Of a DNA stretch of 64,000 nt, positions 13,957-26,329 are shown in pieces. A program made the position numbers and the translations under genes. Origin of the DNA: Curvularia clavata (taxonomy: Eukaryota); assembly GCA_023920165.1 (NCBI GenBank), contig CP089276.1, forward strand, positions 4,278,001 to 4,342,000. Direction: 5' to 3'. The stretch's first letter is position 1; the number at the start of each line of letters is the position of its first letter. The notes under the pieces were generated by a model, which ran no database searches, was not told the origin of the DNA, and worked only from the letters and a program-made list of their open reading frames with translations.

Positions 13957-14110
13957 ATTAAGATGGTAGATATAAAAAAGAGATTAGATAATATACTAAT
14001 ATAGTATTATAGAAGCTTAGTCTAAACTATATTTATTAAGTTTAATTTAAATATAAAAAAAATAATACCTAAAGTATTTCTTAAATTATTTTATAAAAGG
14101 CCGAAGCTGG
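13957..14110 (-). mobile_element. 5' fragment of the ~1.2-kb A-tailed retroposon family, cut by Gypsy G2
   Basis: Reverse complement aligns with 23612-23762. Confidence 0.65.
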
Positions 14111-15023
14111 AATAGAATTTATAAAGAAGAAAAAAGATTCTAAATAAAAAAGAAATAGTAAGAAATTTTAAACAAAATTTACATGAATATTTATATAAAT
14201 ACTAAAGCTAAATTTAGATAATATTTAACTAATAACTAGATTTCAACTTAATATATCAAATCTTTTAAGCTATACTGTTTTAGTAGTATTTAAATTGAAA
14301 ATAAAATAGAATTAAACTATGATATTTAGAATAAATAACCACTTGATATAGTAGATATTTTTAGTTAAAAGAAAAAATATATCTATTGAAATTTCTATAT
14401 ATAATTTTAGTCTGTATAAATTACTAATATCTGATAAGTTTTATTATAGTAAAGAAATCGAATTGAGGTTAAATTTCATATATTAAAATATTACCTTAAT
14501 TTAATAAAATATCATATATTAAAATAAGATTACTTAATAAAGCTATTAATACTCTAAACTAAAAATCTAATCTATATAAAAAAAACTACAAAAAGCTGGA
14601 TAATATAATACTAAAAAAAATAATTAATACATAGTAGTTGAAAATATAGTTAGCTAAATTTATTGAAATTAGTTAAAATAACTAACTAAACAGAGATATT
14701 ATAATAGTAATAGTAATAAGAGAGAAATATAAGTAGATTATAATATAAAAAAATTATAAAATAAAAATTTATTTTGAATAATTAAATATATAGGAAAGAA
14801 TTATATTGAAAAGCTATATATATTATAAGAATATTAATATAAGAATATTAACAAAATAATTAGATAAATGAATAAAGTATTTTATATATTATATTTAAAA
14901 GTATAGATATAGAAAGCTATAAATAACTATATAGTATATTACTAAAAGAAGTTTAGAAAATATAAAATTTATAATCTATTATAATCTTTACTACTACTAA
15001 TATAACTATAGAGTAGTATAATA

Positions 15024-17105
15024 TAGTAGAAAGATAAAAAAAAGATTATAAGAAAAAATAGCACTTTTTCCTAAGTTATATCTTAGCTAATATATTAGCT
15101 AAAAATATAAAATATTAAGATTTATATAGAGCTATCCTAGTTCTTAGAGTCTATAATTTCAAAAAAAATTAAATATATATATAGCTCTTATAAGAAAATA
15201 CTAAACTAGAGAGAAAAAAACATATCAACATTATATATATTTTTTGCGCTAAGATTTTATAATTTATATAGCTATCTATATATAGATATATCCTATTGGT
15301 ATATATATATAATATATATTTTTTATAGCTATAGTTATCTATCTAAATTACAAAACTTATACATAAGTTATATTTTAGTATTTATATGAAGTAATAGTAG
15401 TAAATTTCTATTTAATACTTTGTATACTAGCCTTTAGCTTCTACTACTCTATTATAGCGTTTTAGCATAGATAAAATATAGCTATCTATATCTTTTTATA
15501 GTGTTTTATGCTACTTTTAGTAAATAGCTATAATAAATGTATTTATACTAGTCTTACTAGTGCTAGTACTAAGACTAGAGCTTAGTAGCTTATTAAGCTA
15601 ATTTTTGACTAAGCTCTATATATTTTCTATTAGGTTTAAATCTAGGCTATATACTAGATAACCAAAAAGTATAATTTTATAGTGTTTAAACTAGTCTAAA
15701 ATATTTCTAGCTTTATAGATTATTGTGTTATCTTATTAGAATTTCTAGTCTCGATAGCTATATATTAGTAAAACATCATATAATAGTTGAATATATATAT
15801 ATAACTAAATATATATATATATATAACTATATATAAGTAAAAATATATAGTAAAACTTACTATATTTTATATTTAGTTTAATATATAGTATCAGATATTT
15901 TCTAATATAGTAGTAATTTTAATATTTAACTACGCTATTTAGCGTCTTAATAGCTACTAGATTAAATCTACTATCTATCTAAATAGCTCTCTAAACTTAG
16001 ATAGTTATATTATAAGCTAGAAATTAGCTTAGTTAGCTAGATATCTAAAATATAACTATATTTTAGCCTATTAGGAATATATCTAAACGTACTTATATTT
16101 TAAGTAGAGTATACTTTCAGATTTTAGTAGTATTTTAGTCTATTTTAAGAAAATTTAGCTTAAGATCTATATCTACGCTAGATTCTAGACTTATTAGAAA
16201 ATACAACCTTTTTAAAGTTAATATCACTAAGCTTTTTAAGCTTATTTTTAGCGTAGAGTAGCTAGTTTTTGCTTTTTTTTTATTTAAAATTAGCTTTTTT
16301 TAACTAATTATCATTATAGTCTAGCTCCCTACTTTTAAAACTCTTTGAAGAGTTTTACTAGATGTTTCTAGATTATTTTAAGCTAATAGATTGTTTTTTA
16401 CTTTTTTTAGACTATATAGTATATCTCTATTTGAAGCTTTTATAGCTCTAGTAGTTATTTTAGATATTCTATCTAAACTAGCTTTTTTTGACTAAATGAT
16501 AGCTTTATATTTTTATTTTATTTTAGCTATAGCGTTATAGATAGACTATAGATTTTTTTTGAAATAATATATTATATATTTCATAGATATATTAGTGTCT
16601 AAAAACGTTTTAATTTAGCGTTGAAAATTGAACGGTTATAGCTCTACTATATAAAGAATATAGTTTTAAGTTACTAGAAATAGAAAGCTATAGCTATATA
16701 CTAGTTAATTACTAATAGCTTACTAAGCTACTACTTATATAAGCTAGTGCTAAAATTTAAAACTTTGTATAGCTATTGAACTAGATGAATAAATATAGCT
16801 TAAAACTAAATATAATATATATATATATACTAATAATATATATCTATATAGATAGCTATATCAATCAGAAAATTTTAGCGCGAAAAATACGTATGAAGAT
16901 AATATTCTTTTTTTCTTTCTAGTTTAGTATTATCTTATAAAAGCTATATATATATTTTTAATTTTTTTCAAATTATAGACTTTAAAAGCTAGTAAATCTT
17001 TATATAAGTTTCAATCTCTTATATTTTTAGCTATTTTTTTAGTTAAAAAATAGCTTAGTAAAAAGTACTATTTTTTTTATAATCTTTTTTTATATTACTC
17101 TACTA
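15024..17105 (-). mobile_element. Tc1-family element copy T3, heavily RIP-mutated
   Basis: Colinear with 4521-6652 along its length (both TIRs and transposase), mostly C>T/G>A changes, shorter intron microsatellites. Confidence 0.88.
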
Positions 17106-17534
17106 TAATAGACTTTATAGTAAAGTTGTTAAAATTATTAAAGCTAAAATTAGCTTAATACTATAATATGATACTAGTAATTATGAGTTAATTAACTAAA
17201 TTAATAAAGCTTATACTAATAAAAAAAATTATAATAAAAGGGAATATATATAAAATATCTAAAAATTAATAATAGATAGAGATAGATTATTTATACTAAA
17301 ATACTAGTTAATATCTTTAGTAAAACTAAAAATTAAGAAAAAACTATTTATTAGTTTCTATCTAGAAACTTATAAGTAAATAGAATAAATAAACTAAATA
17401 CTAAAATAATATTAATAACTCTATACTAGTAAGCTAAAATATAACTAGATTAGAGTTTTACCAATACTATTACATATTAGTTTATAATAGTTAAAAATTA
17501 GTAATAATAAAATAGTTATTCTATTTTCTAAATT

Positions 17535-20500
17535 ATTAATTTCTATTTTTATTTTCTATAATTAGCTCGTCTATAGCGATCAGCCTAAAATAAATATTTA
17601 ATAAACGAGCGGTAGGCCACCTCTTAGTATACTAAAAGTTAAAAAGTTAAGATAAAGAATACTATCTAAGTAGAGATTTAAACGTAAGGCCTTAGACTCT
17701 AAATCTTAGATACTAAAAGCTATCTAGTTTTTATCTTAAAAAATGACTATTAGTCTAAATAGAACTAAGCTATAAAATAATAATAACTACTCTATTAGAT
17801 ATCTAACTATAGATAATAAAATCTATACTTAATAAACTATAGTTGTAATAAGAATATAAAATATAAAGTAATTGTATAACGTAGTTTACAAGCGAGCGGC
17901 TCACCCAACTAAGCGGCTCACGCCCTACTAGCCCGCTAACGTCAACACTATAACGCGTTATATCTCAGCAACGCGATAATCAATTAACTTATCTTAAATT
18001 AGATCTTTAATTTACTCTTTTTAATATCTAATTACAACGTATTTAAAGCTAAAGATATACTATCTCTATCTATAATATACTTTAAAGAACTTTATCTTAC
18101 CAACACGCTAGAAGATACTTTTAACATAACTACAAACTAAATTTAAAGCACCTAAATAAGCTAGAAGAGAAAGCTATAGTTAAGCGTATTTTTAAAAAAT
18201 CTACGCGAGGATTTACGTCTATAAAGGCTAATATTTAAGTAATAGCTAATTAACTATTATATAAGTAGGAGAGCAATTTTATAAATAAGAACTAGATTAA
18301 TAACTTTATTAAATAAACTTCTAAGATCTATACGTACTAGAGCCGTCCCTATAATTACTAGTAAGCTGTCTACGAGAATCTAGTAGCTATCTAATACTAG
18401 TTTAACTTAGTTTAGGCGATAAAGTAGAAGTAGAGTATTATAGATGATAATATCTATAACTTTAATAAGACTAGCTTTCTAATAGATAAAATTTTATTAT
18501 AGTTAGTTATTATAGGCTTAGAAGAATATAGTAAAAAGAAGTAAATATAGCTAGATAACTATAAGTAGGTTACTACAATCTAAGACGTAGGCGTATTAGA
18601 TTACTAGATACTACTTTTTATTATCTTTATAGGTAAGATACTTATTAATATCTAGTTTGAAAATTTATCTGCTAACTAGGTTCTTAAAGTTAGTCCTAAT
18701 AGCTAGATAAATAATTAGTTTAGTATTATCTAGCTAGAGAACTTTAATAACTATATAAAGAAGTATACTATAGGTAGATATTGACTGCTAATTATTAATG
18801 GCTATAAGAGCTACTATCCTATCGAATTTTAAGATCTTTATAAGAAGAAGAATATTATTCTTCTCTATATATCTATATACTCGTCTTACCTATTATAGCT
18901 TTTTAATATTATCTGTTTCTCGCCATTAAAGCGCAAGTATAGCGACGCTGTTTTAGGCTTAGTATGTAACCGTACTAACTATATTAGTAAGGAGACCTTT
19001 TTACTAGCCTTTAAGATGGCTTTTAAGTAGTCTATTATAAAAAAGAATATCTAAGCTAGCTTTAGAGGCGCTAGTCTAGTTCTATATAATCTATAGGCTG
19101 TGCTATTAAAGCTTGATATAGTAGTGTAGATACTATATTAATTACCGCGATAGGCAGCTGCTTAAGAGGCGTAAACACCATATAACGCGCGCGAGATTGA
19201 GGCTTAAATTAATCTTATTTAATAGAGCGTGAGAAATCGCCATAGGTCTTCTACTAATTTACTTACTAAGTAGATCGCGCAGTTAAGTAAAGAGGCTTAG
19301 CAAATAGTATATAAGATATTGTTTCTAATAGAAAAAATTACTACTCTTTAAGCGGCTCTTAATGAGTTAAATAAGTGTAAGAGCTATAAGCGGCGATATA
19401 TATAGATAGAAGAGACTCTTGCTATAGATAAAGTATAAAAAGTATTAGCTAAATAGATAGATAGTAGTTGTAGCGATAGTAAGAGTGCGTCGAAGAGGGT
19501 GCGAGGAGAGAGATGGTGTGGGCGTTGTAAGTAGACTAGATATAACGCTCGTATTTATATAGTTAAGATAGATAGTATAAGTAATAATAGCGATTCTAAT
19601 AATTAAATTAGTATATTGTAATAGTTTATTAACTATAATAAAAGACTATAATAACGTGTCGACGTTGGCGCGCTGGTGGGGCGTGAGCCGCTTGGTTGGG
19701 TGAGCCGCTCGGTTGTGAACTACGTTAGTATATAATTTTTAACTATAAATATACGATTCTTATAAACTTAGTCTCTAGTCTAATAACTTAATTAATATTA
19801 CTTTCTAACTAATTTCTATCTACTATATATTTAAATTTTTTTTTTATTATTTAAATATTATCTATCAGCTTTTTTAATTTTTAAAATTTTTCTATTATAT
19901 CTATTTTATTATAATTACTAAATCTTCTAGACTAATACTAAATATCTATCTATATTACTTTAATCTATAGTCTTACCTATTTTAAACTATCTTTTCTTAT
20001 AATAGCTATAGATCTATAAAAGTAGCTATTTATTTAGATCTAATATATCTTTTTTTTAATACTTGTATAGATTATATATTAAGTTTTTTGAAAGGAGTAT
20101 AATATTTAAAATATTTGAACTAGAAGAATAGATAATAGTTATATAGCTTTAGTATGTAGTTAAAAAGCTTTAAAAATATATAAATTTAGCTGAAAGTTAA
20201 TTAGATAGATAAAACAATTATCTGGTTGAAGAACTATAGAATAAATAGAGAGTAATATAACTAATATTTAAAAAGCTATTACTATTTGTATATTATCATC
20301 TGAATAGTAGTCTTTTAGAAGTTATTTTTAGAGTAATTTAAATTAGTTTTAGATAAATATATTGTTTTATTTTATCTAGATAGAGTTGAAGAAAGTAGAA
20401 AAAATAGAAGATATAGAAATAGAGAATATTGATACTACCGCTATAAGAAAGAGAGTTAATAATATATTTATTTAGCTTTATAGAGCTGGGTAGATTATAA

Positions 20501-20571
20501 CTATTAGTTTAAAAATTAAAATATGATTTATATAATATTTTATAAAATATTCTATAAGAGGCTAAAGCTAA
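17535..20571 (-). mobile_element. A-tailed retroposon copy (interrupted by Fot1-like F2)
   Basis: Tail/hairpin end at ~17535-17580, sequence resumes after 19727, 5' head (...GGCTAAAGCTAA on + strand) ends at 20571. Reverse complement of 21321-22459. Confidence 0.7.
17879..19725 (+). mobile_element. Fot1/pogo-type DNA transposon (F2), RIP-inactivated
   Basis: TA|ACGTAGTTTACAAGCGAGCGGCTCACCCAAC... TIR mirrored at ~19679-19725|TA. Transposase remnants 'IYNFN(D)KT', 'CFSPLKRKY' and CCHC. Confidence 0.92.
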
Positions 20572-20586
20572 TTATAAATTATAGAT

Positions 20587-22915
20587 ATTTATTTCTATTT
20601 TTATTTTCTATAATTAGCTTGTTTATAGTGATTAGTCTAAAATATATATTATATAAATGAGCGGCAGGCTACTCTTTAGTCTACTAAAAATTAAAAAATT
20701 AAGATAAAGAATACTGTTTAAGTAGAGATTTAAACGCGAGACTTTAGACTCTAGGCCTTAGATACTAAAAACTATCTGGCTTTTATTTTGAAAAGTTAGT
20801 ACTAGTTTAGATAGAACTAAGCTATAAAATTATAATAACTACTCTATTAGATATTTAATTATGAATAGTAAAATCTATATTTAATAAACTATAGCTATAA
20901 TAAAAATATAAAGTATAGAATAGTAGTATAGTATATAGCTTTTAACTAAAAATACTCTCCTCTTATAAACTTAGTTTCTAGTCTGGTAACTTAATTAAAA
21001 TTATTTTCTAACTAATTTCTATCTACTATATATCTAAAATCTTTAAAGTCTTTTTTATTAATTAAATATTATCTATTAGCTTTTTTGATTTTTAAAATCT
21101 TCCTATTATATCTATTTTATTATAATTACTAAATCTTTTGAACTAATACTAAATATCTATCTATATTACTTTAATCTATACCCTTATCTACTTTAAACTA
21201 CTTTTTTCTATACTAGCTATAGATTTATAAAAATAGCTATTTATCTAGATCTAATATATTATTATTTTTAATATAAGTATAAATAACTCTAAGTTTCTTT
21301 AGAAGTAATATAATATTTAATTAGTTTCAGCCTTTTCTGCAATGTTTTGTGAAATATTTTATGAATTATATTTTAATTTTTGAACTGATAGTTATAATCT
21401 ATCTAGTTCTGTAAAGCTAGATCGACATCTTGTTAACTCCCTCTCTCATAGCGGCGATATTAATGTCCTCTATCTCCACGTCCTCCATCTCTACATTCTC
21501 TATTTCCCCCACTTTCTTCAACTCTGTCTAGACGAAATATAGCAACGTGCCTATCCAAGACTAACTAAAGTCACCCTAAAGACGACCTCTAAAGGCCTAC
21601 TACTTAGATATTAGTATATAAATAGTAATAGCTTTTTAAATATTAGCTATATAACTTTCTATCTAATCTATAGTCTTTAAGCTAGATAGTAGTCTAATCT
21701 ATCTAATTAACTTCTAACTAAATTCGTATACTTTTAGAGCTTTCTAGCCGCTTACTAAAACTACGTAACTATTATCTATCTTTTTTGCTTAAATATCTTA
21801 AATATTATATTACTTCTAAAGAATCTTAAAGTAATTTATACTAGTATTAAAAGAAGTAATATATTAGATCTTAATAAATAGCTATCTTTATAGATCTATA
21901 GCTATTATAGAAAAGAATAGTTTAAAGTATATAAAAGTATAGATTAAAGTAATATAGATAGATATTTAGTATTAGTTTAAAAGATTTAGGAAGACTTTAA
22001 AAATTTTAAATATATAGTAAATAGAAATTAGTTAGAAAGTGATATTAATTAAGTTACTAGACTAGAGACTAAGTTTATAAGAATAGAGTATTTATAGTTA
22101 GAAGTTATATACTATACTACTATTTTATATTTTATATTTTTATTATAACTATAGTTTATTAAGTATAGATTTTACTATCTATAGTTAGATATCTAATCAA
22201 ATAGTTATTATTATTTTATAGTTTAGTTCTATTTAGACTAGTACTAACTTCTTAAAATAAAAACTAGATAGCTTTTAGTATCTAAAGTCTAGAGCCTAAA
22301 AGGCTTTATATTTGAATCTCTACTTAGATAGTATTCTTTATTTTAACTTTTTAATCTTTAGTAAGCTAAGAGGCAGCCTGCTGCTCATTTATATTATATA
22401 TATTTTAGGCTAATTACTATAGACGAGCTAATTATAGGAAATTAAAATAGAGATAAATAAATATAATATTTAAAATATTTAAATAAGAAGAATATATAAT
22501 AGTTATATAGCTTTAGTAAGTAGCTAAAAAGCTTTAGAAGTTAATTAAATAGATTAGACTACTATCTATCTTAAAATCTATAGAATAGATAGAGAGTAAT
22601 ATAGCTAATATTTAAAAAACTATTATTATTTATATATTGATATTCAAGTAGTAGGTCTTTAGAAATTATCTTTAAAGTAACTTAAATTAGTTTTAAATAG
22701 ATATATTACTATATTTTATCTAGATAGAGTTAAAGAAAGTAAGAAAAATAGAGAATATAGAACTAGAGAATATTAATATTACTACTATAAGAAAGAGAGT
22801 TAATAATATATTAATCTAGCTTTATAGAGCTAGATAGATTATAACTATTAGTTTAAAAATTAGAATATAATTTATAAAATATTTTATAAAATATTATATA
22901 AAAGGCTAAAGCTAA
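20587..22915 (-). mobile_element. A-tailed retroposon copy (interrupted by an inverted copy of the same family)
   Basis: 20587-21320 and 22460-22915 together repeat 17535-20571 minus F2. 5' head ends at 22915. Confidence 0.7.
21321..22459 (+). mobile_element. Full-length A-tailed retroposon copy with 14-bp TSD
   Basis: Begins TTAGTTTCAGCCTTTT, ends ...AATAGAGATAAATA. Flanked by AATATAATATTTAA at 21307-21320 and 22460-22473. Confidence 0.75.
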
Positions 22916-23611
22916 TTTTTTAGTATATATAATAATATTTTTCTTAATTATACTAGAATAGTTTTAATTCTTTTAGTATAGAACTTATAGTAGTCTATAC
23001 TATTATATTTAATCTAATAAAGTTTTTAACATTTATTTCTATAATTATTTTCTAGTTTTAGTAGCTTATCTTTAAAGTATAGTTATTTTTAGGCTACTAA
23101 GGCTATAGCTTTTCTAGTATTTAGCTTTATAATAGTAAATCTTCTTTTTTAAAGAGAGTAGCTATTACTATAGTTTACTAAGCCTTTATATACCTAGTAT
23201 AAGTTTTATATAATCTAGTGCTAGACGTTGATATTTTTAATAGTTTAGTTAGAAGATTTTAGTAGTTTCTAGTATATATACTTATCTACTCTAATATGCT
23301 CTAAAATAACTATATATTCTATACTTTTAGCTAGATATATTTTAATATAGAAATTTCAATTACTAAAATTATTACTAAAGAGTAGTATAAATAGCTATAA
23401 CTTTAGTATCTTTATCTTAACTATTATTTACTTAACTTTATTCTTTAGATAGTTTCTATAGAAGTAGTCTATTTTACTATATTAGAAATATACTTTATTA
23501 TCATACCATCTTTAGTATTCTTCTCTAGAAAGACTGTTGTAGCTCTTTTTTTAAAATTTTTTATTATTTTTAGACTTTTTTTTATATCTTACTAGTTATA
23601 ATAGTATTTCT

Positions 23612-24809
23612 CTAGCTACAGCCTTTTACGAAACATTTTAAAAAACACTTTAGATTTTATTTTTTATATTTAAATTAAATTTAATAAATATAGTTTAAAT
23701 CTAGCCTCTACAACGCTATATTAGCATATTGTCTAATCTCTCCCTTATGTCCACTATCCTAATATCCTCTATCTCTATATTACTATCCCTATCTATATTA
23801 CTATTATCGTCGCTATTACTGTTTATATCTACCTCCGCGTCCATATCTATATTATCGTCCGACTAGCGTAGTCTTAACTAGATAAAATAGAGTATTATAT
23901 CTATCTAAGCTATACTTTTTAAATATTATAATACTGTTTCTATATTTATATACCTATCTTTAATAGTCTTCTTAATCTTATAAATATTATATTCTAGCTA
24001 TAATTAGATATCTAGAGTAGACAGTCTTACTATATTCTTCTTAATTAACTAGTAGCTAAAGTTATAAATTCTTAATGTGTCTTATCTATCAATAAGTGTA
24101 ATTTTCTAGCCTCGCAACTATTATAGCTATATTATATCTATCTAGCATATATAGTATAGAATATAGTTATTATTATTAGGTATAGTTATATCTAGAAAGT
24201 TAAGCTATTTAAAAAGCTATTTTTATAGCTCTATAGTAACTTTACTTAAAAGCAGCTTATAGAGAGTAGGCTATATATTTAAAGAGAGAGTAATAAAAAC
24301 AATTTATTATTTAGAGAGATTAGATATAATCTAAATTTAAAGAAGATTAAAAAAAGAGATAGGATAAGCTAAGTATATAATACTATTAACAGATTTTACT
24401 AAGCTAGAAATTAAGTTTATAAGAGTAGAAGAGTAAATATTTATAGATAGTATATACTACTCTAATACTATATATTCTTATTATAACTATAGTTTAAAAA
24501 CTTTAGGATTTTCTCTATCTATTATTAGCTATCTAATAGACTTCTATTTATTAGAGTAATTATATATTATTATTCTAATTTAGATTTATACTATATTTTA
24601 GATTTAATATATAAAGCTAAAAATACTAGAGTTTAAAATATAAGAGCTTAAGGCCTTATATTTAAATCCCTCCTTAGATATAATCTTTTTAAAATTTTTA
24701 AATTTTAGTAGGCTAAAGGGCGGCCTACCTTTATTTTAAGACCAGTTTTTAATATTAGCTAATCGCTATAGACGAGCTAGTTATGAGAAATAAAAATAGA
24801 AATAAATAA
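23612..24809 (+). mobile_element. Full-length A-tailed retroposon (second subfamily) with 14-bp TSD
   Basis: Begins CTAGCTACAGCCTTTT, ends GAAATAAAAATAGAAATAAATAA. Flanked by ATAATAGTATTTCT at 23598-23611 and 24810-24823, inside Gypsy gag. Confidence 0.75.
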
Positions 24810-25718
24810 ATAATAGTATTTCTTAGTATTAGTAGTATTAGATTAGAATTATTAACTTTTGTCTTTGCTACGTTTCTATAACTTACTATTAACCCGCTTA
24901 ACTATCTTAATTAAAGCTTCTAATAATTTAGGCTTATTATAGTATATTAGTCTATTCTTAATATCTTATTTTAGTTCTAATTTAAACGCTATATAAAGAG
25001 ATACGTCGCTCTAATTAATTCTAGTCTAGAGTTACTTAAACTTAGCTATATATATAGATACCATTTTAGTCTATTCTAAATAAGGAATTACTTTTTTTAT
25101 CTAGTTCTAGGCGTCTACCTCTCTAAAGATATGTTCTATTTCCTCTTTAAAGCTATTCTAGCTAGTAAGTATTACTTTAGTTTCTTCTTTAGCTTTATTC
25201 TATTTTATATTCTTTATACAGTTATCTATATAAGACTATATTTAGTTTACTACTTTATTTTTATATATATACTAGCTATAAACATTTTTTCTTATTCTTT
25301 TTTGACTTTATTAAACTTATAGTATAGGTTAATACTAGTAAGAAATGTTTAGAATTTTATATAGTCTCTATCAAACTTTTTTTAGAAGGAGCTATATTAG
25401 ATTTCTTAAGAGTTTTTTGTTCGTTTAGCATAGCTATTAACTGATTTATAAGCTAATTTAATATACTTAATATTTTAGCTATCTATCTAGCTTATTTCTA
25501 AGCCTCGCGCCTAAGATTCTAGAGCTTATCTAAGAGGCTTTCTATCTCAGACTTATTATAGCCTATTTTATTTAGTATAAATATCTTATTATTTATAGAT
25601 AGTACTATTAGTCTAATTTTTTAAATATTATTTTAAGCTACGCTTAAGCGTAATATTTTATAATGTTATTCTAGATACTTATTATTAATCTATTTACTAA
25701 GTCTATAGATAGTTAAGG

Positions 25719-26217
25719 TATTATATAGGATCTTATATTAGTAGGAATATATTTATCTAGCCTCTATCTAAGTTTGGGCGAAGCGATTATCTATAAAATA
25801 TACTATAAAGTAGTTATTTAGTAATTTAGATAGAATATAGATATAACTGAAAATAGATAAATCAATTCTATTAGAAGATAGAATAACTAAGTATTAATCT
25901 ATTTAAAAAATAACTTATAAGAGAATACCTAATAATGTTGACTATAATAAGTATAATAATAAAATCTAATATATTTTTATATCTATTATCTCTAGTTCTA
26001 GTATTTAACTGAGTCTTTAATATTAGAGATATTATTAGTATTTCTAGATATTTAGTATCTTATTAGAAATCTAACATATCTAGATATCTTTTCTTAGCAA
26101 AATACTAATTACGTAATCTCTACCCCGCGGGGATTATTACCTTCTAACGTGTCGCTAGTTGGCCTTCAACCGCGACCCTCGCGTCAAAGAGAGAATCCTT
26201 CTTTGTTACTTGTAATA
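25719..26217 (-). repeat. 5' LTR of Gypsy G5
   Basis: Reverse-complement homolog of the 28490-28972 LTR (ends TGTTACTTGTAATA on + strand). Confidence 0.85.
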
Positions 26218-26329
26218 TATATCTACTTTTATTATTTAGCTTAACTAATTATTAACTGATACTCTAGAATGTATTACAAATAGATAGATTTTATCTATTT
26301 TAATAAAGAATTTGAATATTAAATATATA

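Larger units (their letters stand above)
22920..26217 (-). mobile_element. 5' fragment (LTR + gag) of a RIP-inactivated Gypsy element (G5), interrupted by a retroposon
   Basis: LTR at 25719-26217. 24830-25450 and 23400-23600 align with the G2 gag region, including the zinc-knuckle remnant ~23450-23500. Left end approximate. Confidence 0.75.
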
